Part shown: in pieces, positions 54,433 through 64,000 of the stretch
Numbering within the stretch: the stretch's first letter is position 1
Layout: each line of letters opens with the position of its first letter
Source: an uncultured Kiloniellaceae bacterium
GTDB taxonomy: Bacteria; Actinomycetota; Acidimicrobiia; Spongiisociales; UBA11373
Direction: 5' to 3'
DNA: 64,000 nt
Assembly: GCA_964194935.1 (NCBI GenBank)
Contig: CAXMOL010000106.1
Location: 2,058-66,057 of the forward strand
Made by a program: the position numbers and the translations under genes
The notes under the pieces: model-generated
Told to the model about the DNA's origin: nothing
Database searches by the model: none
The model's input: the letters and a program-made list of their open reading frames with translations, nothing else

Positions 54433-55227
54433 ATGGCGATTCCACAGCATGAACAGGAACGGTTGGCGATGGCCGTGACCGACCGGGATCGCGCCTCGCT
54501 TGCACTCGACCCACCGAGTGCCGCCGATCAACAACGGATCGCCGAATTGGTTGCCCGGCGCAACGCCGGCGAGCCATTGCAGTACCTCGAAGGATCGGTG
54601 CAATTCGGGCCTATCGACCTGCTCATTGACCATCGCGCCCTGATTCCGCGGCCAGAGACCGAGCGGGTGTGGGAGGAGGCCGTGACATCGCTTGGGATTG
54701 CCGGTCCCGGCACGGTGATCGTCGACCTCGGCACCGGATCGGGTGCATTGGCCCTGGCGCTGAAGTACGCATTTCCTGATGCCCAGGTGTTTGGCATTGA
54801 CATCAGCGAGGATGCGCTGGCCCTGGCCAAGGAGAACGCAATCCAAACCGGCCTCGATGTAACTTTTCTCCACGGCGATCTGTTTGAACCTCTTCCCAAG
54901 CGGTTGATGGGGCGAGTCGATTTGGTCGTGGCCAATCCTCCCTATGTAGCCGCCTCCGAACTCGCCGGCCTCCCCGCCGAGGTGCGCGATCACGAGCCTC
55001 ACGCGGCGCTCGTGTCGGGTCCAACTGGTACCGAGATCTTGGAGCGGATCGCCGATGAAGGGTTCTGGTGGGTCGGCATCGGCGGATGGATCATCAGCGA
55101 GATAGGCGAAACCCAGGGCGAACCCGCACATGCGGCATTCTTTGCCTTCGATCGAGAGGTGCGCCCCGATCTCGCCGGGCGGGATCGAATATTGGTGGCA
55201 CGCCGCGGAGCGTCATGTTGCGTGTAG
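54433..55227 (+). CDS. prmC: Release factor glutamine N5-methyltransferase PrmC (HemK)
   Basis: ...VVDLGTGSGALALAL... SAM motif I and ...LVVANPPYV... NPPY motif. This is the usual position after prfA, here displaced by two inserted genes. Confidence 0.85.
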   Translation: MAIPQHEQERLAMAVTDRDRASLALDPPSAADQQRIAELVARRNAGEPLQYLEGSVQFGPIDLLIDHRALIPRPETERVWEEAVTSLGIAGPGTVIVDLGTGSGALALALKYAFPDAQVFGIDISEDALALAKENAIQTGLDVTFLHGDLFEPLPKRLMGRVDLVVANPPYVAASELAGLPAEVRDHEPHAALVSGPTGTEILERIADEGFWWVGIGGWIISEIGETQGEPAHAAFFAFDREVRPDLAGRDRILVARRGASCCV

Positions 55228-55279
55228 AGGTGCGCCAAGTCTGCGGTGAGCCTCCGGCCGTCTATCGACGACCACCGCG

Positions 55280-55852
55280 GTGACCACCATCGAAGGGGCT
55301 CTTGCTGCCCTTCGCCAGGGTCAAATCATCGGACTGCCTACGGACACCGTTTATGGGATCGGTGCCGATCCAATGCAGTACTCGGCAGTCGAGCAGTTGT
55401 TTGCCGCCAAACAAAGACCCGAGATCAAACCGGTTCCGATCCTCGGCGCGACCATCGACGATCTCAGCAAAGTGGCTCTGATCGATGCTGCGGTTGCCTC
55501 GCTGGTCAGCCGGTATTGGCCCGGCGCGTTGACATTGATCCTGCGCCGTGCTCCCGGGGTTCCGAAGTGGGTCGGTGATGATGTTCGCGACACAGTCGGG
55601 GTGCGGGTTCCTGATCACCCGGTGGCGCTTCGGGTACTGGAGGCGGTGGGTCCACTGGCCGTGACCAGCGCCAATCTCTCGGCCGGCGATCCTGCCAATG
55701 ACGCGGAGGCGGCGGAGGCGGCTCTCGGCGCTTCGGTAGGGGTATACCTCCCGGGCTCTGCCGGAGGCGGTCTGGCGTCGACCGTGGTAGATCTTTCCGG
55801 CGAAAGACCTCGAATCCTGAGGGTTGGGCCGGTCGAGTGGGCGGGCGGGTGA
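55280..55852 (+). CDS. tsaC: L-threonylcarbamoyladenylate synthase (YrdC/Sua5 family; YrdC domain only)
   Basis: ...GQIIGLPTDTVYGIGADP... and ...SANLSAGDPA... are YrdC-fold signatures. 190 aa, so there is no Sua5 C-terminal domain. Confidence 0.8.
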   Translation: MTTIEGALAALRQGQIIGLPTDTVYGIGADPMQYSAVEQLFAAKQRPEIKPVPILGATIDDLSKVALIDAAVASLVSRYWPGALTLILRRAPGVPKWVGDDVRDTVGVRVPDHPVALRVLEAVGPLAVTSANLSAGDPANDAEAAEAALGASVGVYLPGSAGGGLASTVVDLSGERPRILRVGPVEWAGG

Positions 55853-55966
55853 GCCGGCGCCGGAGGCTCGATCATTGCATCGTGTCGGAGCGTGGTGTCG
55901 CTCGCTGAGCACTGACTTGGCGCTCAAGCGCCGCACTACCCTGACCCGGCTCGCAGGAAGGATTTC

Positions 55967-57238
55967 ATGGTCTCTGAAGCCCCTCTATCCGACGCCGACC
56001 CGGCAGTCGCATCTCTCATCGCGCGTGACGTAGAACGGCAACGCTCATACGTTCATCTCATCGCTTCAGAGAACTTTGTCTCGCGTGCCGTAATGGAGGC
56101 ATCTGGGTCGATCTTTACCAATAAGTATTCCGAGGGGTACCCCGGCAAGCGCTACTACGAGGGATGCGAGATCGTCGACGAACTCGAGAATCTGGCGCGC
56201 GATAGAGCCAAGGGACTGTTTGGCGCCGAGTACGTCAACGTCCAGCCGCATAGCGGTGCCCAGGCGAATATGGCGGTCTACTTCGGATTGCTCGAGGCTG
56301 GAGACAAGATTCTCGGGATGAGCCTTGACCAGGGGGGCCATCTCACCCATGGCTCACATGTGAACTTTTCCGGCATCCTCTACAACTTCGTGGCATACGG
56401 GGTCGATCCCGGGACCGAGAGGATCGATATGGATGAGGTGCGGCGGGTCGCCAACGCCGAGAAGCCAAAGATGATCGTCGCCGGATACTCCGCGTACTCG
56501 CGCATCATCGACTGGGCGGCCTTTCGGGAGATCGCTGACGAGGTCGGAGCCCTGCTCATGGTCGATGCAGCCCACATCATTGGATTGGTGGCAGGTGGTG
56601 CTCATCCCAACCCTGTGCCTCACGCTCATGTGGTGACGGCCACCACTCACAAGGCGATGCGGGGAGCCAGGGGCGGCCTGATCCTGGCCGATGAACAATT
56701 CGGGCCGGCGCTCGACAAGGGAGTGTTTCCCAATGCCCAGGGAGGGCCGCTCAACAACCACATCGCCGGTAAGGCCGTGTGTTTCGCCGAGGCAGCGACG
56801 CCGGAGTATCAGGAGTACGCAGCACAGGTTGTTTCGAACGCGAGCGCGATGGCCCAGGCCGTGATGGACGATGGGGCAAGAGTCGTTTCCGGCGGCACCG
56901 ATAACCACCTTTTCTTGATGGATCTCCGTTCGATCGACGAAGACCTAACCGGTCGCGATGCTGCCCGCGTGCTGTCCTCGGTCGGGCTGACGATCAATTT
57001 CAATACGATTCCGTTTGATCCACGACCCCCTTATCGCGCCAGCGGATTGCGGATCGGTCTCCCGGCAGCCACGACCTGCGGGATGAAGGAAGCGCAGGTT
57101 GAGGAGGTCGGTCGTTTGATGGTGCGATCGCTGCAGAATCGGGCAGATGAGTCGATTCTCGACGAAGTGCGCCGTGGGCTCGGGGCCGTCGCCGCTGAGT
57201 TTCCGCCCTATCCGGCGAGTTTCCCGGGGCATGTCTGA
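55967..57238 (+). CDS. glyA: Serine hydroxymethyltransferase
   Basis: 423 aa. ...LIASENFVS..., ...VTATTHKAMRGARGG... (PLP-Lys region), full-length SHMT similarity. Confidence 0.95.
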   Translation: MVSEAPLSDADPAVASLIARDVERQRSYVHLIASENFVSRAVMEASGSIFTNKYSEGYPGKRYYEGCEIVDELENLARDRAKGLFGAEYVNVQPHSGAQANMAVYFGLLEAGDKILGMSLDQGGHLTHGSHVNFSGILYNFVAYGVDPGTERIDMDEVRRVANAEKPKMIVAGYSAYSRIIDWAAFREIADEVGALLMVDAAHIIGLVAGGAHPNPVPHAHVVTATTHKAMRGARGGLILADEQFGPALDKGVFPNAQGGPLNNHIAGKAVCFAEAATPEYQEYAAQVVSNASAMAQAVMDDGARVVSGGTDNHLFLMDLRSIDEDLTGRDAARVLSSVGLTINFNTIPFDPRPPYRASGLRIGLPAATTCGMKEAQVEEVGRLMVRSLQNRADESILDEVRRGLGAVAAEFPPYPASFPGHV

Positions 57239-57314
57239 TGACGGTTTGCTCTGACTCGGGAACATCGATACATTGTGAAGAGGGTCACAAGCTGTTCTGG
57301 AGGGGGCTCTCGGC

Positions 57315-57530
57315 GTGAGCAAATACCACGAGGAGATTGGACGGCAGGTCGCCGCTGGCGTTGATTCCGCCAGCTTCTTTGCGACGATCATGTCCGGCTT
57401 CCTGCTTGGGGCGTTGCTGGACTGGTGGCTCGACACCAAGCCGGTCTTTATCGTGCTCGGGATCATTGCCGGGTCGATCATCGGCTTCTGGAGGATGTGG
57501 ACCATCGCCAACGGTGATTCCGGTGACTGA
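57315..57530 (+). CDS. Small membrane protein, AtpZ-like (F0F1 ATP synthase accessory/assembly protein)
   Basis: 71 aa with two hydrophobic helices, directly upstream of the atp operon. Confidence 0.5.
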   Translation: MSKYHEEIGRQVAAGVDSASFFATIMSGFLLGALLDWWLDTKPVFIVLGIIAGSIIGFWRMWTIANGDSGD

Positions 57531-57543
57531 GCGACTTCCGGTG

Positions 57544-57939
57544 ATGGATGTCGAGGCGATCCTCGCCCTTCACACCGTAAAGCGCGGACTGGTGATCGGG
57601 CCCCTCGCCGTTGCGACCGCATGGGGTTTGCGAGGAGCAAGTGGCGCCATCGGGGCCACCATCGGTGTGGTCGTAATCGTCCTCAACCTGCTCGCCTCGG
57701 GCGCGCTCCTTTCGCTGGCTGCGCGCATCTCGCTAGGCGCCTATCATGCCGCAGCGCTGTTCGGTTTCGTGCTGCGGTTGCTCACCATCACGGTGTCGAT
57801 GCTTCTTGTTGCGCGCTTCTTTGAGATCGACCGAATCGCGTTTGGTGTGGCGGCGGTTGTGACATATCTGGTGTTGTTGACGCTGGAGGCTGTTGCCATC
57901 GTCCGTGGAAGCGAGAAGGAGTTGGAGTGGACGTCCTGA
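57544..57939 (+). CDS. ATP synthase protein I-like small membrane protein
   Basis: About 130 aa hydrophobic ORF immediately preceding atpB. The start is GTG 57523 (overlapping the AtpZ-like stop) or ATG 57544. Confidence 0.5.
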   Translation: MDVEAILALHTVKRGLVIGPLAVATAWGLRGASGAIGATIGVVVIVLNLLASGALLSLAARISLGAYHAAALFGFVLRLLTITVSMLLVARFFEIDRIAFGVAAVVTYLVLLTLEAVAIVRGSEKELEWTS

Positions 57940-58745
57940 TTCTGGCCAGCGAGAGCTGCGATCCGGCAACGGAGATCATCTGCGCGCCCGACAACGTCAT
58001 CGAACTGTTCGAATTCACCGAGTCATTGTTCTCGATTGGCCCGCTCAACTTCACCAAGACGGTCGTCCTGACCTTCCTCGCAATGTTCATCGTTTTGGCT
58101 CTGCTCTACATGGGGTTTCGCAAGAGGAATGTCGTTCCGTCGAAGTTCGGTGTTGCGATGGAATCGGTTGTCTCGTTTGTGCGAGATGATGTGGCCAAGG
58201 GGACAATCGGACCCGATGGACTGCGGTACGCGCCCTACCTGTTGTCGATCTTCATGTTCATCCTGGTAGCCAACCTGTTCGAGTTGACGCCGGGCATCAA
58301 CTTCCCCCTGACCTCACGAATGGCTATTCCGTTGATGCTGGCCGTCTTCACCTGGCTGATCTTTGTGATCGTCGGCTTCTCCAAGAACGGCCTGCACTAT
58401 CTCTTCGACATCGTTTGGCCCAAAAGCGTGCCGCTGGCCCTTCGCTGGCTGGTAGGACTCATCGAGCTCGTCTCGGTGTTCGTTCTCAGGCCTATCACGC
58501 TCGCCGTCCGGCTCTTCGCCAATCTCGTCGCCGGGCACCTGATGTTGACCCTGCTGCTTGGATCGGGGTGGGTCTTCTTCGCAGCCGTCGGTGACATTGG
58601 AGCTCGGTCGATCATCGGGCTTCCTTGGTTCTTGTTCGGCCTCGGAATCTTTGTTTTCGAATTCGTCGTGGCAGTGCTGCAGGCATATATCTTCACGCTG
58701 CTGTCGGCGGTGTACATACAAACGTCGGTCCATCCCGAGCACTAA
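57927..58745 (+). CDS. atpB: ATP synthase F0 subunit a
   Basis: 272 aa multi-TM. ...LTLAVRLFANLVAGHLML... contains the conserved Arg of subunit a. GTG start. Confidence 0.9.
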   Translation: MDVLILASESCDPATEIICAPDNVIELFEFTESLFSIGPLNFTKTVVLTFLAMFIVLALLYMGFRKRNVVPSKFGVAMESVVSFVRDDVAKGTIGPDGLRYAPYLLSIFMFILVANLFELTPGINFPLTSRMAIPLMLAVFTWLIFVIVGFSKNGLHYLFDIVWPKSVPLALRWLVGLIELVSVFVLRPITLAVRLFANLVAGHLMLTLLLGSGWVFFAAVGDIGARSIIGLPWFLFGLGIFVFEFVVAVLQAYIFTLLSAVYIQTSVHPEH

Positions 58746-58973
<228 letters not shown>

Positions 58974-58987
58974 GGAGATAGGAAATC

Positions 58988-59551
58988 ATGATCCAATTCC
59001 TGGCCTCGCTGCTCGTCCTTGCCGAAGAGGCTGTGGTCGAGGAGAGCAGTGGAATAGACCTGCTGCTGCCGGAGACATCGGAGTTGATCGCTGGGTTCAT
59101 CGCCTTTTCGATCATCTTCGTGTTCGTCTGGAAGTGGGTGCTTCCTGCAGCCAATCAGACCCTCGCCGCTCGTCAGGAAGCCATCACCGGCAAATTGACA
59201 CAGGCGGAAGAGGCTAAGCAAGAGGCCGAGAGTCTGCTGGAGGACTACAAGCAGCAACTGGCGCGAGCCAAGGGCGAGGCGAACGAGATAGTGGACGGCG
59301 CTCGTCAGACTGCTGATGCCCTGGGCACCGATTTGGTCGAAAAGGCGGAGGCCGAGGCAGAGTCGATCCGCGGCCGAGCCCGCGAAGACGCAGCAGCAGA
59401 AAAGGCGCGGGCTGCCGGCCAGATCAGGGACGAAGTCGCTTCGCTCTCGCTGGAGTTGGCTCAAAAGGTGGTTGCCGGCAGCGTCGATGAGTCGGCGCAA
59501 CAAACCCTGGTTGATAGGTATATCGACGATCTCGGGAGCCTGGAGACCTGA
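58988..59551 (+). CDS. atpF: ATP synthase F0 subunit b
   Basis: 187 aa. N-terminal TM then a long charged coiled coil (AEEAKQEAESLLEDYKQQLARAKGEA...). Confidence 0.85.
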   Translation: MIQFLASLLVLAEEAVVEESSGIDLLLPETSELIAGFIAFSIIFVFVWKWVLPAANQTLAARQEAITGKLTQAEEAKQEAESLLEDYKQQLARAKGEANEIVDGARQTADALGTDLVEKAEAEAESIRGRAREDAAAEKARAAGQIRDEVASLSLELAQKVVAGSVDESAQQTLVDRYIDDLGSLET

Positions 59552-60090
59552 TGGCGGCTGACCAGCGCATCGACGGCTACGCGGCCGCCATCCTTGAGGT
59601 GGCAACGGCGGAGGGTGAGCTTGCTCGTGTGGGCGACGAACTCTTCCGCATCGCACGTGCCTTCGAGTCGTCACCCGAGTTGCGTGATGCGCTCACCGAT
59701 CCGCGCCTCCCCACGGAGCTCAAGAAGGGTGTGGTCGATGACCTGCTCGGCTCCAGGACGTCGGCGCTATCGGTGAACCTCGTGAACTTCGTAGTCGGTG
59801 TTGGGATGTCTTCGGATCTTCCCGCCATTGCCGACCGGCTCGCCGAGCGCGCCGCAGCAGAGAGAAACAAGGTGATCGCCGAGGTGCGCACCGCTGTAGA
59901 GCTCGATGCCGGGACCGTGGACCGACTCACTGCGTCGTTGTCGCGGGCGACCGGCAAGGACGTGGAAGTAAAGACGATCGTCGACCCTTCAATCATTGGC
60001 GGCGTTGTCGCCCGGGTCGGTGACACGGTGATTGATGGATCGCTGTCGCACCGCATGCAACAAATTCGTGAAACGTTGACCAGGCGCTGA
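59551..60090 (+). CDS. atpH: ATP synthase F1 subunit delta (OSCP)
   Basis: 179 aa OSCP-like protein with C-terminal ...[22 protein letters not shown].... Its start overlaps the atpF stop. Confidence 0.85.
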   Translation: MAADQRIDGYAAAILEVATAEGELARVGDELFRIARAFESSPELRDALTDPRLPTELKKGVVDDLLGSRTSALSVNLVNFVVGVGMSSDLPAIADRLAERAAAERNKVIAEVRTAVELDAGTVDRLTASLSRATGKDVEVKTIVDPSIIGGVVARVGDTVIDGSLSHRMQQIRETLTRR

Positions 60091-60098
60091 GGAGTAAA

Positions 60099-61610
60099 AT
60101 GGCCGAACTGACCATCAATCCCCAGGAGATCACCGAAGCCCTCCGCAAGAACCTCGAGGGCTGGGAACCCAATCTCGAGGCGGCCACGGTTGGATACGTA
60201 GCCTCTATCGGCGACGGCGTAGCCAGAGTCGAAGGTTTGGCGGATGCGATGGCATCCGAGTTGTTGGAGTTCCCCGGTGGACTCCTTGGTGTGGCACTGA
60301 ACCTCGACGAGGACTCGATCGGTGCCGTGATCATGGGCGACGGCTCCCACGTCCATGAGGGCGACACAGTTCGTCAGACCGGGCGGGTTCTCTCCGTCCC
60401 CGTCGGCGACGGCCTGCTCGGCCGGGTGATCGACCCGCTTGGTAATCCGATCGACGGCAAGGGACCGCTCGAAGCTTCGGAGTCCCGGCTCCTGGAAACG
60501 CAGGCACCATCTGTCGTGGAGAGGCAACCGGTTCACCAACCGCTGCAGACGGGCATCAAGGCCATCGACGGGATGACCCCGATCGGTCGGGGTCAGCGCC
60601 AGCTGATCATTGGTGACCGCCAGACAGGCAAGACAGCCTTGGTTGTAGACACGATCATCAACCAGAAGGACACCGGCGTTAAGTGCATCTACGTCGCGAT
60701 CGGTCAGAAGGCATCCACCGTTGCCGAAGTAGTCGAAGCTCTCAGCGAACGGGGAGCGATGGACTACACGGTCGTTGTAAACGCTCCGGCATCTGCGGCA
60801 CCGGCGCTTCAGATGTATGCCCCCTACACCGGTTCAGCCATTGGCCAGCACTGGATGTACAAGGGCGAACACGCACTGGTGATCTTTGACGATCTCTCCA
60901 AGCAGGCGGTGGCCTACCGATCGATATCGCTGTTGCTCCGTAGGCCTCCAGGGCGGGAGGCATTCCCGGGTGACGTGTTCTATCTGCACAGCCGACTTCT
61001 GGAACGTTGCGCCAAATTGAGCGACGAACTCGGCGGTGGGTCGCTGACCGGTTTGCCGATCGTGGAGACCAAGGCCGGTGACGTTTCGGCCTACATCCCG
61101 ACGAACGTGATTTCGATCACAGATGGCCAGATCTACCTGGAGACCGACTTGTTCTACTCCGGCGTGCGTCCGGCCATCAACGCCGGGATCTCGGTATCTC
61201 GCGTCGGCGGCAACGCTCAGATCAAAGCGATGAAGAGTGTGGCCGGTTCACTGCGGCTCAATCTGGCTCAGTTCCGCGAGCTGGAGGCTTTTGCCGGATT
61301 CGGTTCCGACCTCGATGCTGCCTCGCAAGCCCAGCTGCAGCGAGGGCGGCGGGTGGTGGAGGCGCTAAAGCAGCCTCAGTACCAGCCGGTGCCGGTTGCC
61401 GAGCAGGTGGTGGTGATCTACGCCGTTACAAACGGGTTGATGGACGGTGTCGAGGAATCGCGCATCCTCGAGTTCGAGGCGGGATTGTCCGACTACATGC
61501 GGACCCGCCATCCCGATCTTCTCACCGCGATCAACGAATCCGGCACGTTGCCCGAAGGTGATGCACTCGCCGGTGCGATCAACGACTATGCCGAGACGTT
61601 CGGGGAGTAG
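60099..61610 (+). CDS. atpA: ATP synthase F1 subunit alpha
   Basis: 503 aa. Walker [11 protein letters not shown] and full-length alpha-subunit similarity. Confidence 0.95.
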   Translation: MAELTINPQEITEALRKNLEGWEPNLEAATVGYVASIGDGVARVEGLADAMASELLEFPGGLLGVALNLDEDSIGAVIMGDGSHVHEGDTVRQTGRVLSVPVGDGLLGRVIDPLGNPIDGKGPLEASESRLLETQAPSVVERQPVHQPLQTGIKAIDGMTPIGRGQRQLIIGDRQTGKTALVVDTIINQKDTGVKCIYVAIGQKASTVAEVVEALSERGAMDYTVVVNAPASAAPALQMYAPYTGSAIGQHWMYKGEHALVIFDDLSKQAVAYRSISLLLRRPPGREAFPGDVFYLHSRLLERCAKLSDELGGGSLTGLPIVETKAGDVSAYIPTNVISITDGQIYLETDLFYSGVRPAINAGISVSRVGGNAQIKAMKSVAGSLRLNLAQFRELEAFAGFGSDLDAASQAQLQRGRRVVEALKQPQYQPVPVAEQVVVIYAVTNGLMDGVEESRILEFEAGLSDYMRTRHPDLLTAINESGTLPEGDALAGAINDYAETFGE

Positions 61611-61619
61611 CGCAGACCG

Positions 61620-63940
<2,321 letters not shown>

Positions 63941-63956
63941 TGGAGTCGTCGGTCCT

Positions 63957-63980
63957 CAGTCTTCAGTCCTCAGTCAGAGC
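63957..63980. repeat. Tandem heptamer repeat (CAGTCYY-type) immediately 3' of atpD
   Basis: ggtCCTCAGTCTTCAGTCCTCAGTCAGagc, i.e. CAGTCTT-CAGTCCT-CAGTCAG. It sits where atpC would normally follow. Confidence 0.8.
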
Positions 63981-64000
63981 AATAGAGCCTGAGCCACTGA

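Overview
High-GC (about 68-70%) actinobacterial-type chromosomal window, densely coding, with mostly housekeeping genes in conserved actinobacterial order: hom-thrC-rho-rpmE-prfA ... prmC-tsaC-glyA-atpIBEFHAGD, kbl-tdh, acnA, metF, argS beside tRNA-Arg. Between them lie accessory or poorly characterised genes: VanW, LemA+DUF2207, Ku, a CPBP protease, a tandem pair of HD-domain membrane phosphohydrolases, and a COG2403 P-loop protein. The most notable observations are: (1) an AhpD/CMD-family reading frame (123..1103) broken by one in-frame TGA at the position of the second redox cysteine of the NGCxYCxxxH motif, making it a selenoprotein candidate; (2) a structured leader with a CATTGA direct-repeat/palindrome promoter region, a GNRA hairpin and a small ORF with a perfect Shine-Dalgarno, upstream of two tandem, translationally coupled 7TM HD (degenerate HD-GYP/PgpH-like) genes; (3) a dispersed family of (CAGTCYY)n heptamer tandem repeats at the 3' ends of convergent or terminal genes; (4) a 29-nt duplication of the tRNA-Arg 3' end plus flank 139 bp from the intact tRNA, read through by the N-terminus of a FAD oxidoreductase ORF. 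No CRISPR array, IS element or rRNA gene was found. Many long ORFs in the six-frame track are antisense GC-artefacts and were ignored.
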